From assembly GCA_018825985.1 (NCBI GenBank), contig JAHKAP010000035.1, positions 1 through 62,788 of the forward strand: DNA of 62,788 bases. The letters are read 5' to 3'. Shown here one piece after another: positions 43,124-51,688 of the stretch (the stretch's first letter is position 1; every line of letters begins with the position of its first letter). Below the pieces are notes generated by a model. It was not told the origin of the DNA. It did not search any database and saw only the letters and a list, made by a program, of their open reading frames with translations. A program made the position numbers and the translations under genes. This stretch comes from Candidatus Omnitrophota bacterium (GTDB taxonomy: Bacteria; Omnitrophota; Gorgyraeia; Gygaellales; Profunditerraquicolaceae).

Positions 43124-44707
43124 ATGTCTACTAAAGGATATCTTTGTCTTGTCCTGCACAGCCATCTTCCTTATGTCCGGCATCCTGAACATGAGGATTT
43201 TCTGGAGGAAGATTGGTATTATGAGGCGATCACTGAAACTTATCTGCCGCTGATCTGGGTCTATGAAAAATTAGTGGAAGACAAAATAGATTTCAGGATC
43301 ACCATGTCGGTTACCCCGACCCTGGTGTCGATGTTCTGTGACCAGCTCTTGCAGGAGCGTTATTTAAAACATATCAACAGGCTGATTGAGCTCTCCCATA
43401 AAGAAATAGAAAGGACCAGCTGGGAGCCGCAATTCCAGCGGTTGGCAATGATGTATTTGAATACTTTCTGCCGGGCCAGGGATACTTTTGAAAAATATAA
43501 AAGGAACCTGGCATTAGCGTTCAAGAGGTTCCAGGATCTGGGTAAATTGGAGATCATTACTTGCGGGGCAACCCATGGATATTTGCCGCTGATGGATGTG
43601 CGTAGGGAATCGGTAAGGGCCCAGGTTAAAGTAGCTGTCAATAATTATGAGAACGTATTCGGCAGGAGGCCCAGGGGGATCTGGCTTCCGGAGTGCGGTT
43701 ATCAGCCAGGCCAGGACGAGATCTTAAAAGAGGCAGGGATAAAATATTTTTTTTCGGATGCCCACGGAGTTTTACACGGCACGCCCAGGCCGAAATACGG
43801 GATATTTGCTCCGGTATATTGCAAGAATACCGGGGTGGCTTGTTTTGGCAGGGACCTGGAGTCTTCTAAGCAAGTCTGGTCTTCGATCGAAGGTTACCCC
43901 GGGGATTATAATTACCGTGAATTTTACCGGGATATCGGTTTTGACTGCGAGTATAATTATATTAAACCTTATATTCATCCCGATGGGGTAAGGATCTCGA
44001 CAGGAATAAAATATTACCGAATTACCGGAACAGGCGACCACAAAGAGCCCTATGTCCCGGAATGGGCGGCTCAAAAGTGCGCGGAACACGCGGGGAACTT
44101 TATGTTCAACCGTCAGAAGCAGGTTGAATACCTTTATGATCTTACCGGTAAGAGACCGTTGATAGTTTCTCCATATGACGCGGAATTATACGGGCACTGG
44201 TGGTTTGAAGGGCCACAGTGGCTGGATTTTTTGATCCGCAAAATTTCCTGCGACCAGGATATTGTACGCTTGATCACTCCTTCGGAATACCTGGCCGAGA
44301 ACCCGCGCAACCAGGTGATCACTCCTTCGCTGTCCAGCTGGGGATGGAAGGGTTATTCCGAGATGTGGCTACAGGGTTCAAATGACTGGATCTATCGCCA
44401 TTTGCATACTGCGTCCGAAAGGATGACCGAACTGGTAAAATTGCATCCTAATATCAATGGCTTGTATAGACGAGCTTTAAACCAGGCTTTGCGGGAACTA
44501 CTTCTGGCTCAGGGCTCAGACTGGGCGTTTATTATGGGAACCGGAACACATACCAGTTACGCGGTCCGCCGGACCAAAGACCACATCCTGAATTTTACAC
44601 GCCTTTACGAAGATATTAAGTCAAATTCCCTTGATGAGGAATGGCTTTCGGGCATCGAATACAAAAATAACATTTTCCCGGAAATAGATTATCGAGTCCA
44701 TCAGTAA
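43124..44707 (+). CDS. glycoside hydrolase family 57 1,4-alpha-glucan branching enzyme
   Basis: LVLHSHLPYVRHPE, GATHGYLPL and AELYGHWWFEG. Confidence 0.85.
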   Translation: MSTKGYLCLVLHSHLPYVRHPEHEDFLEEDWYYEAITETYLPLIWVYEKLVEDKIDFRITMSVTPTLVSMFCDQLLQERYLKHINRLIELSHKEIERTSWEPQFQRLAMMYLNTFCRARDTFEKYKRNLALAFKRFQDLGKLEIITCGATHGYLPLMDVRRESVRAQVKVAVNNYENVFGRRPRGIWLPECGYQPGQDEILKEAGIKYFFSDAHGVLHGTPRPKYGIFAPVYCKNTGVACFGRDLESSKQVWSSIEGYPGDYNYREFYRDIGFDCEYNYIKPYIHPDGVRISTGIKYYRITGTGDHKEPYVPEWAAQKCAEHAGNFMFNRQKQVEYLYDLTGKRPLIVSPYDAELYGHWWFEGPQWLDFLIRKISCDQDIVRLITPSEYLAENPRNQVITPSLSSWGWKGYSEMWLQGSNDWIYRHLHTASERMTELVKLHPNINGLYRRALNQALRELLLAQGSDWAFIMGTGTHTSYAVRRTKDHILNFTRLYEDIKSNSLDEEWLSGIEYKNNIFPEIDYRVHQ

Positions 44708-44788
44708 CTCGTAATTTAGTAACCAGGAACTCGTAGGTTCAGGTTAGAACGAGGCTCCGGGAATTACTAGTTACGAGTTTTTAGGTTT

Positions 44789-45496
44789 ATGAATAGGCCA
44801 AAACATATAGCGATTATAATGGATGGTAATGGCAGGTGGGCCCAGGCGAGAAAGCTTCCCAGGGTCATCGGCCACCGCGAGGGGATAAACCGGGTCAGGG
44901 AGATCGTCAGGGCAGCTCCGGACCTGGGGATCAAGGTCCTTACGCTTTTTGCTTTTTCTTCGGAGAATTGGAACCGGCCCAAAAAAGAGATCGAGGCCCT
45001 GATGCGTTATTTTCATGATTTCCTGGATAACGAGGTCAAGGACCTGGATAAGAATAACATAAAGGTATTGTTTATCGGCAGGAATGACCCTCTTACGGAA
45101 GAGATCCAGAAGAAGATGAGGGCGGCGGAAGAAAAAACTATGGGCAATACCAAGATGACTTTGGTATTCGCTTTAAATTATGGCTCACGCCAGGAGATAG
45201 TGGATGCGGTAAAAGATTTTGCCCATCTTGCGGTCAAGAACAAGGTTAAGATCGAAAGCCTGGATGAAGAGTTTTTCGGAAGATTTCTTTATACCAGTAA
45301 TCTTCCTGACCCTGACCTATTGATCCGTACCAGCGGAGAAATAAGGGTAAGCAATTTTTTGCTCTGGCAGCTTTCTTACGCTGAATTATATTTTGTCAAA
45401 AAATGCTGGCCTGATTTTAAGAAAGAAGACTTAAAGGAAGCGGTTGAGGCATATAGCGAAAGAAAAAGGAGGTTTGGAGGAATAGATGCTAAGTAA
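44789..45496 (+). CDS. uppS: undecaprenyl-diphosphate synthase (cis-isoprenyl transferase)
   Basis: HIAIIMDGNGRWA, LTLFAFSSENWNRP and IRTSGEIRVSNFLLWQ. Confidence 0.92.
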   Translation: MNRPKHIAIIMDGNGRWAQARKLPRVIGHREGINRVREIVRAAPDLGIKVLTLFAFSSENWNRPKKEIEALMRYFHDFLDNEVKDLDKNNIKVLFIGRNDPLTEEIQKKMRAAEEKTMGNTKMTLVFALNYGSRQEIVDAVKDFAHLAVKNKVKIESLDEEFFGRFLYTSNLPDPDLLIRTSGEIRVSNFLLWQLSYAELYFVKKCWPDFKKEDLKEAVEAYSERKRRFGGIDAK

Positions 45497-46280
45497 GAGG
45501 ATATTAAGTACGGTAGTGCTGGTTTTTTTAACCATACTGGTAATTTTCAGCGATTGGCTCTCTGGGCTGGTAGTTACTTTATTGATAATAATGGGGCTGT
45601 ATGAATTTTTCACCATGTTGGAGAAAAAAGGGATCAGTATTTATAAATATTTCGGGATCGGCATGGGCGCGATCATACCGCTGTCGGTCCTGTCCCGTTT
45701 TGAACTGACTAAGAGCTGGGAGCTCTTATTAATTGTCCTGGCTTTATTATTTCTGATAATTATGCAGTTCAAGCGCCGGGAGAGCAGCGGGACAGTAGTG
45801 GGGATTTCCACAACTATTTTCGGGATCCTTTATGTCTCCTGGTTTTTAAGTTTTTTGATCAAGATACGTTTTTTGGATAACGGAACGGCTTTTTTAGCCG
45901 GGGTAATAATCATTACCAAATTAACCGATATCGGCGCATTTTTGGTAGGTATGCGTTTTGGCAAAACGCCGCTTATCCCCCGGATCTCGCCCAAAAAATC
46001 AGTGGAAGGCGCGGTTGGAGGAGTGATATTCAGCGTTTTAGGGGCCCTGATTTGTAAATCATTCTTACCATTTTCCTATATGCATCTTTTAATTTTGGGA
46101 GTGTTGTTGAGCGTATTAGGGCAGTTAGGTGATCTATCTGAATCATTGATCAAGAGAGATTGCCAGATCAAAGATTCCGGCTCGGCAATACCCGGTATTG
46201 GCGGGGTTTTAGATTTGTTGGACAGCCTTATTTTTACCGCTCCAGCGTTTTATTTTTACATGAGCATCGTTTCAAAATAA
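45486..46280 (+). CDS. cdsA: phosphatidate cytidylyltransferase
   Basis: Multi-TM protein with SLIKRDCQIKDSGSAIPGIGGVLDLLDS (CdsA signature). Confidence 0.88.
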   Translation: MLSKRILSTVVLVFLTILVIFSDWLSGLVVTLLIIMGLYEFFTMLEKKGISIYKYFGIGMGAIIPLSVLSRFELTKSWELLLIVLALLFLIIMQFKRRESSGTVVGISTTIFGILYVSWFLSFLIKIRFLDNGTAFLAGVIIITKLTDIGAFLVGMRFGKTPLIPRISPKKSVEGAVGGVIFSVLGALICKSFLPFSYMHLLILGVLLSVLGQLGDLSESLIKRDCQIKDSGSAIPGIGGVLDLLDSLIFTAPAFYFYMSIVSK

Positions 46281-46282
46281 AG

Positions 46283-46353
46283 AAATGGGGTCAGAATTAT
46301 TTTTCTACCTCTTGTATCCCAGAAAAATAATTCTGACCCCATTTCTGACCCCA
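46283..46353. repeat. ~70-nt palindromic element AAATGGGGTCAGAATTATTTTT-loop-AAAAATAATTCTGACCCCATTT (copy upstream of dxr)
   Basis: Arms at 46283-46304 and 46323-46344, with an extra partial arm ctgacccca at 46345-46353. Confidence 0.9.
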
Positions 46354-46360
46354 ATATAAA

Positions 46361-47509
46361 ATGAAAAATATAGTCATATTAGGATCGACCGGCTCCATCG
46401 GAGAGAATGCCCTGGCAGTCTGCCGTAATCTGCCCGGAAGGTTTAAAATAGCGGGATTAAGCGCTAATTCCAGGGTCGATATTTTATCCAGGCAGATAAA
46501 AGAATTCAGGCCCTGGTTTGTGAGCGTAAATAATAAAGAAGCCGGACTAGAATTAAAGTCTAAAATTGGAACTTTCACCAAGGTTTTTATCGGCGACCAA
46601 GGACTGGAGCTGATGCTTGAAGATAAAAGAATCAACGCGGTGCTTCTGGCTATCAGCGGCTCAGCCTGCCTCCTGCCCTTATTAAAGGCTATTGATAAAG
46701 GAAAAGAAATAGCCCTGGCGAATAAAGAAGCTTTAGTCATGGCCGGGCCGATGATCATGCGCAAGGCTTTAGAGAAAAAGATAAGGATCATTCCGATAGA
46801 CAGCGAACAATCAGCTATCTGGCAGTGCCTGGACGGGCGGGACAAACAGGAACTTAAAAATATTTATTTAACTGCTTCCGGCGGACCGTTCCGGGAGTTA
46901 AATAGGATAGAGTTTAAGGGCATCTCGGTTAAAGATACTTTGCGGCATCCCCGCTGGCAGATGGGCAGGAAGATTACGGTAGATTCAGCCACTTTAATGA
47001 ATAAGGGGCTGGAAATTTTAGAGGCGATGTATTTATTTAATGTTCCGGTTGAAAAAATCAAGGTCCTGGTCCACCCGGAAGCTATAATTCACTCCATGGT
47101 TGAATTTATCGACGGTGTAGTAATGGCTCAGTTATCGGTTACGGACATGCGTATTCCTATCCAGTACGCGCTGACTTATCCTAAGAGGCTTTCTGGTGAG
47201 GCAGGAAGGGTTGATTTTTATAAATTAAGGAGGATGAATTTTGATAAACCGGATCTTAAGAAATTTCCCTGTTTAGGTCTGGCATATCTAGCGGCTAAAG
47301 AAAAAGGCACGGTTCCGGCGGTATTAAATGCCGGGAATGAAATAAGTGTTGATGAATTCTTAAAAGGCAACCTAAAGTTTATAAATATCCCTAAGGTGAT
47401 CGAAAAAGTAATCAGCCGCCATAAAAAGATCAGGGATCCGAACCTGGAGCAGATTTTAAGGGCCGACAATTGGGCCAGGCAGGAAGCCCATAGGATTATA
47501 AATAAATAA
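46361..47509 (+). CDS. dxr: 1-deoxy-D-xylulose-5-phosphate reductoisomerase
   Basis: ILGSTGSIGENAL, LANKEALV and NKGLEILEA. Confidence 0.92.
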   Translation: MKNIVILGSTGSIGENALAVCRNLPGRFKIAGLSANSRVDILSRQIKEFRPWFVSVNNKEAGLELKSKIGTFTKVFIGDQGLELMLEDKRINAVLLAISGSACLLPLLKAIDKGKEIALANKEALVMAGPMIMRKALEKKIRIIPIDSEQSAIWQCLDGRDKQELKNIYLTASGGPFRELNRIEFKGISVKDTLRHPRWQMGRKITVDSATLMNKGLEILEAMYLFNVPVEKIKVLVHPEAIIHSMVEFIDGVVMAQLSVTDMRIPIQYALTYPKRLSGEAGRVDFYKLRRMNFDKPDLKKFPCLGLAYLAAKEKGTVPAVLNAGNEISVDEFLKGNLKFINIPKVIEKVISRHKKIRDPNLEQILRADNWARQEAHRIINK

Positions 47510-47542
47510 AGAATATGCTGAATAATAATCAAATGGATAAAG

Positions 47543-47616
47543 AAATGGGGTCAGAAATGGGGTCAGAATTATTTTTCTACCTCTTGTATCCCAAAAAAAT
47601 AATTCTGACCCCATTT
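47543..47616. repeat. second copy of the AAATGGGGTCAGAATTATTTTT palindromic element (downstream of dxr)
   Basis: Partial arm at 47543-47554, full arms at 47555-47576 and about 47594-47616. The loop ctacctcttgtatccca is the same as in the upstream copy. Confidence 0.9.
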
Positions 47617-47633
47617 ATTATAGAAAGGAAAAT

Positions 47634-48719
47634 ATGATTTCTTTTTTTATTTTTATATTTATTTTAGGACTATTGATAATCGTACATGAGTGGGGGCATT
47701 TTATCGCTAGCCGCAGGGTAGGGGTGAGGGTGGAGAAGTTTTCCATTGGTTTTGGGCCCCGGCTTTTCACTAAGGTAAGAAATAAGACAGAGTATTCGCT
47801 TTCAGCGATACCCTTTGGCGGTTATGTAAAATTAGCCGGGGATAACCTGGATGAATATAAGGGGGGGGCGGATGAATATTTTTCCAAACCTCTTAAACAG
47901 CGTTTTAAGATAATCTTCGCCGGCGCGTTTTTAAATTATATCATGGGTTTTTTGTGTTTCTGGCTGATATTTTTCATCGGGTTTCCTACTTTAACCACTA
48001 AGGTCGGGGGTTTAGTCGACGGTTTCGGGGCAAAAGAATCCGGGATAATCTCCGGTGATAAAATTATTAGTATTGATAATAAAAAAACACTGACCTGGCC
48101 GGAGTTACAGGCTGCGGTGCAGATGCGTAAAGATAAATCAAAGGTTGATGTCATGGTCTTAAGAGAAGGCCAGGAATTGAATTTCGCAGTTGTGATAAGG
48201 GAGAAGCCGTTAAAGGATGTCCTGGGAGAAAAACGGAATATCGGTTTGCTGGGGATTACTCCCGCAGATGAGATCGTACAAATCAAATATGGATTCTTTA
48301 AATCTTTCTTTATGGGAATGAATAAAGCTTTGGATTTATCGGCACTGACCTATAAGGCGTTATGGAGGATGATCACCGGAAATTTATCAATAAAGGATTC
48401 TGTAACCGGGCCTTTAGGGATGTATTATCTGACTTCTAAGGCTGCCAGTATAGGTTTAGTGGCTATCCTGCATTTGATGGCTGCATTAAGCATCAGCCTG
48501 GCGATATTTAATTTATTGCCTTTGCCGGCATTAGACGGCGGGCACATCGTGCTCTTATTGATAGAAAAGATCAGGGGTAAGGCTTTATCCTTAAGAGCAG
48601 AGAGGATATTTTCTAATGTAGGCATGAGTTTATTGATTACCCTGGCGGTGGCGGTGTTTTATAATGACTTAATCCGTTTCGGCTGGATCGATAAGGTGAA
48701 TAAATTGTTTATCCGATGA
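47634..48719 (+). CDS. rseP: RIP metalloprotease RseP (site-2 protease, M50)
   Basis: HEWGHFIASR (HExxH), a PDZ region and NLLPLPALDGGH. Confidence 0.88.
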   Translation: MISFFIFIFILGLLIIVHEWGHFIASRRVGVRVEKFSIGFGPRLFTKVRNKTEYSLSAIPFGGYVKLAGDNLDEYKGGADEYFSKPLKQRFKIIFAGAFLNYIMGFLCFWLIFFIGFPTLTTKVGGLVDGFGAKESGIISGDKIISIDNKKTLTWPELQAAVQMRKDKSKVDVMVLREGQELNFAVVIREKPLKDVLGEKRNIGLLGITPADEIVQIKYGFFKSFFMGMNKALDLSALTYKALWRMITGNLSIKDSVTGPLGMYYLTSKAASIGLVAILHLMAALSISLAIFNLLPLPALDGGHIVLLLIEKIRGKALSLRAERIFSNVGMSLLITLAVAVFYNDLIRFGWIDKVNKLFIR

Positions 48720-49843
48720 AGATAATCAGGCATAAGACAAAAGTTATCAAAATAGGCGACCTGGCTATCGGCGGGTATAATCCGGTGGCGATCCAGTCAA
48801 TGGTTAAGGTTAAGACTGAAAATGCCTCTGCCGTGGTCAGGGAAATAAAAAAGTTGGAGAGTTTAGGCTGCGAGATCATCCGGCTGGCGGTAAAGGATAT
48901 GGCTGACGCTAAATCTTTAGGCTTGATCAGGCCTAAAGTTAAAATACCATTGGTTGCGGATATTCATTTTGATTACCGTTTAGCTTTACAGGCCATAGAT
49001 AGCGGAGCGGATAAAATCCGGCTTAACCCGGGGAATATTTATAAAAAAGAAGAAATCCGGCAGATCGTAAAAAAAGCTAAGGCTAATCATATACCTATAC
49101 GGGTTGGGGCTAACTCTGGTTCAGTAAGGGATTGGCACCGGGATTCCAAGACGCCAGGGCATAGGTCGATGGCGGATTTGATGGTAAAGGGGGTTTTGGA
49201 TTATATTAAAATACTTGAGGGCTGCGGATTTAACGATATTGTAATTTCATTAAAAGCCTCAAATATCCTGGATACTGTAGAGGCTTATCAAAAGATCTCT
49301 AAATTATGCGCTTATCCATTGCATTTAGGAGTAACTGCTACGGGTGCAACAGCTACCGGTATAATAAAATCCAGTATCGCAATCGGGGCTTTACTAATGC
49401 AGGGTATCGGTGATACAATAAGGATATCTCTGAGCGATACTCCGTCAGAAGAGGTAGGGGCTGCCAGGAGAATATTAGAGTCTTTAGGCTTGCGCAGATT
49501 TGGCCCTGAAATCATCAGTTGTCCGACCTGCGGCCGCTGCGGAGTGGATCTGATTAAGATAGTAAACGACATTAATAGGAAGATGACGCAGTTCACAGTC
49601 CATAGTCCACAGTCCATGGATAGGGACCGTCGACCGTCGACCGTAGACCGTAGACAGTTCCCAACGGTGGCTATAATGGGTTGTGTGGTCAACGGCCCAG
49701 GCGAAGCCAAAGAGGCCGATCTGGGAGTGGCATTTGGTAAGAAAGAAGGGCTGCTGTTTAAAAAAGGGAAACCAGTAAAGAAGGTCAAGGTTGATCAGTG
49801 CGTGGATATTTTAATGAAGGAAATATCAGCCTACGCGCTTTAA
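48716..49843 (+). CDS. ispG: 4-hydroxy-3-methylbut-2-enyl-diphosphate synthase
   Basis: GGYNPVAIQSMV, ISCPTCGRC and MGCVVNGPGEA. The start overlaps the rseP stop (ATGA). It carries a 22-codon repeat-derived insertion. Confidence 0.9.
   Translation: MKIIRHKTKVIKIGDLAIGGYNPVAIQSMVKVKTENASAVVREIKKLESLGCEIIRLAVKDMADAKSLGLIRPKVKIPLVADIHFDYRLALQAIDSGADKIRLNPGNIYKKEEIRQIVKKAKANHIPIRVGANSGSVRDWHRDSKTPGHRSMADLMVKGVLDYIKILEGCGFNDIVISLKASNILDTVEAYQKISKLCAYPLHLGVTATGATATGIIKSSIAIGALLMQGIGDTIRISLSDTPSEEVGAARRILESLGLRRFGPEIISCPTCGRCGVDLIKIVNDINRKMTQFTVHSPQSMDRDRRPSTVDRRQFPTVAIMGCVVNGPGEAKEADLGVAFGKKEGLLFKKGKPVKKVKVDQCVDILMKEISAYAL
49594..49659 (+). repeat. heptanucleotide tandem repeats inserted in frame in ispG
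   Basis: (CACAGTC/CATAGTC)x3-4 at 49594-49621 and (GACCGTC/GACCGTA/GACAGTT)x5 at 49625-49659. Translated VHSPQSMDRDRRPSTVDRRQ. Confidence 0.9.
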
Positions 49844-49908
49844 TAGAGTTTCAAATAGATTTGACGCGGTTTGGCGGATGTCGCTAGATATATAAATAGA
49901 GGTGCTCC

Positions 49909-51153
49909 ATGTATTGGACGAAATTATTTATTCCGACTTTAAAAGATACTCCCCAGGAGGCGGAATCAGCCAGCCATCAATTGATGCTTAGGTCCGGGTT
50001 GATCCGGATGTTGATGTCCGGGGTTTATACTTATCTGCCTTTAGGGTTAAAAGTGCTGAACAATATCAAGAATATCATTCGCCAGGAGATGAACGCAACA
50101 GGTGCTAACGAATTATTGCTCCCGGCTTTACAACCCCTGGAATTATGGTTGGCTTCAGGCCGGGACCAGGATATGGGCGAGGTGATGATCAGGTTTACTG
50201 ACCGCAGGAAAAGAAACATCTGCCTTGGTCCGACCCATGAAGAAGTTATCACTGACCTGGTTAAGAATAATGTTTCTTCTTATCGGCAGCTGCCCCTGGT
50301 ACTGTATCAAATCCAGACTAAGTTCCGGGATGAGATCCGTCCGCGTTTTGGCCTGGTCAGGGGTTGCGAGTTTATTATGAAAGACGCCTATAGCTTTGAT
50401 AAAGATGAAGAAGGGTTAAAAAATAATTACAATATAATGTATGACGCCTACCATCGGATCTTTAAACGCTTAGGGCTAGATTTTTTATGTATTGAGGCTG
50501 ATCCGGGAGTAATGGGAGGGAATTTATCCCACGAGTTTATGGTCCCGGCTGAGATCGGAGAAGATATAGTCTGTTCCTGCCAGGGATGTAAATTTACCCG
50601 GACTTTCAGCGAAGAAAAAGATATTACCTGCCCCAAATGCAAAACCGGGATGAAAAAAGTTAATGCGATTGAAGTAGGGCATATATTTCAACTGGGAACC
50701 AAATACAGCGTTAGTTTAGGGGCGAATTTTGTGGATCAGACAGGGAAGAGCCTGCCTATTATAATGGGTTGTTACGGGATCGGGGTCTCAAGGTTAATCT
50801 CCGGGATCATTGAACAGAACCACGATGCCGAAGGGATCATTTGGCCTAAAGAAATAACTCCGTTTCAGGTGATAATTATGCCTTTGGATGTAACTGACCA
50901 GAAAATCATGGATAAGGCTAAAAGTATTTATGACGCCCTGGAAAAAAAAGGGATAGAACCGTTTTTAGATGACCGAGATGAACGGGCCGGGGTTAAATTT
51001 AAAGACGCGGACCTGATCGGTATGCCATTTCAGATAATCATCGGTAAGGAATTTTTAAAAAACAATAATCTGGAATTGAAAGTCCGCCGGACTAAAGAGA
51101 AAATCATCGCTTCTTTTGAAGAAATAGTAAAGAGGATCGTAGATAATGGATAG
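49909..51153 (+). CDS. proS: prolyl-tRNA synthetase, bacterial-type core without INS editing domain
   Basis: The N terminus matches bacterial ProRS (HQLMLRSGLIR, YQIQTKFRDEIRPRFGLVRGCEFIMKDAYSF). Between motifs 2 and 3 there is only about 60 aa, including CSCQGC ... CPKC. It is 414 aa. Confidence 0.8.
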   Translation: MYWTKLFIPTLKDTPQEAESASHQLMLRSGLIRMLMSGVYTYLPLGLKVLNNIKNIIRQEMNATGANELLLPALQPLELWLASGRDQDMGEVMIRFTDRRKRNICLGPTHEEVITDLVKNNVSSYRQLPLVLYQIQTKFRDEIRPRFGLVRGCEFIMKDAYSFDKDEEGLKNNYNIMYDAYHRIFKRLGLDFLCIEADPGVMGGNLSHEFMVPAEIGEDIVCSCQGCKFTRTFSEEKDITCPKCKTGMKKVNAIEVGHIFQLGTKYSVSLGANFVDQTGKSLPIIMGCYGIGVSRLISGIIEQNHDAEGIIWPKEITPFQVIIMPLDVTDQKIMDKAKSIYDALEKKGIEPFLDDRDERAGVKFKDADLIGMPFQIIIGKEFLKNNNLELKVRRTKEKIIASFEEIVKRIVDNG

Positions 51154-51607
51154 AAAAGAGTTATCCGAGAGATTAACCGCCATAATAGGCGAAAGTGTTA
51201 AAGGGCGCGGCCTGGAGTTGGTTGAGCTTATTTGTAATTATCAAGGCAGGGATGTAATCTTAAGGCTCCTGGTGGATAAGCCGGAAGGCGGGATCACTAT
51301 AAAAGAATGCGGGGAAGTCAATCGTTGGGTAAGCTTGATGCTGGATGAGGTTAATATAATTGAGCAGGGGTATATCTTGGAAGTATCTTCTCCCGGCCTC
51401 GACCGTCCGCTATCCGCTAAAAATGATTTTATCCGTTGTCTAAATAAAGAAGCCCGGTTTTTTCTGGTTGAGCCGGTAAATGGCAAGGTTGAATTAGAGG
51501 GTTTTATCCGTAAAGCGGATGAAAATTCAGTTTACGTCGAAACAGAAGGAGTAACAATAGAAATACCTTTTGTTAAAATAAATAAAGCTAAGCAGAAGAT
51601 CAAATAA
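51146..51607 (+). CDS. rimP: ribosome maturation factor RimP
   Basis: LELVELICNYQGRDVILRLLVDKPEGGITIKEC and LEVSSPGLDRPL. Confidence 0.85.
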   Translation: MDRKELSERLTAIIGESVKGRGLELVELICNYQGRDVILRLLVDKPEGGITIKECGEVNRWVSLMLDEVNIIEQGYILEVSSPGLDRPLSAKNDFIRCLNKEARFFLVEPVNGKVELEGFIRKADENSVYVETEGVTIEIPFVKINKAKQKIK

Positions 51608-51655
51608 GATTACGCAGATTAAAAATCAGATTACGCCGATAAAAATCACGTAATC
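51607..51655. repeat. GATTACGC direct/inverted motif cluster (rimP-nusA spacer)
   Basis: agattacgcagattaaaaatcagattacgccgataaaaatcacgtaatc contains two direct copies of GATTACGC plus the inverted CGTAATC. Confidence 0.6.
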
Positions 51656-51688
51656 AATACTAACATAGAAACTACATAGGAGTTAAAC

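Noticed and set aside
46297-46845. 182-aa minus-strand ORF overlapping the 5' half of dxr.
   Set aside because: It is antisense to a highly conserved gene, starts inside the palindromic repeat, and has no recognisable motifs.
49312-49788. 158-aa minus-strand ORF inside ispG.
   Set aside because: It is antisense to conserved ispG and includes the mirror translation of the heptamer repeats.
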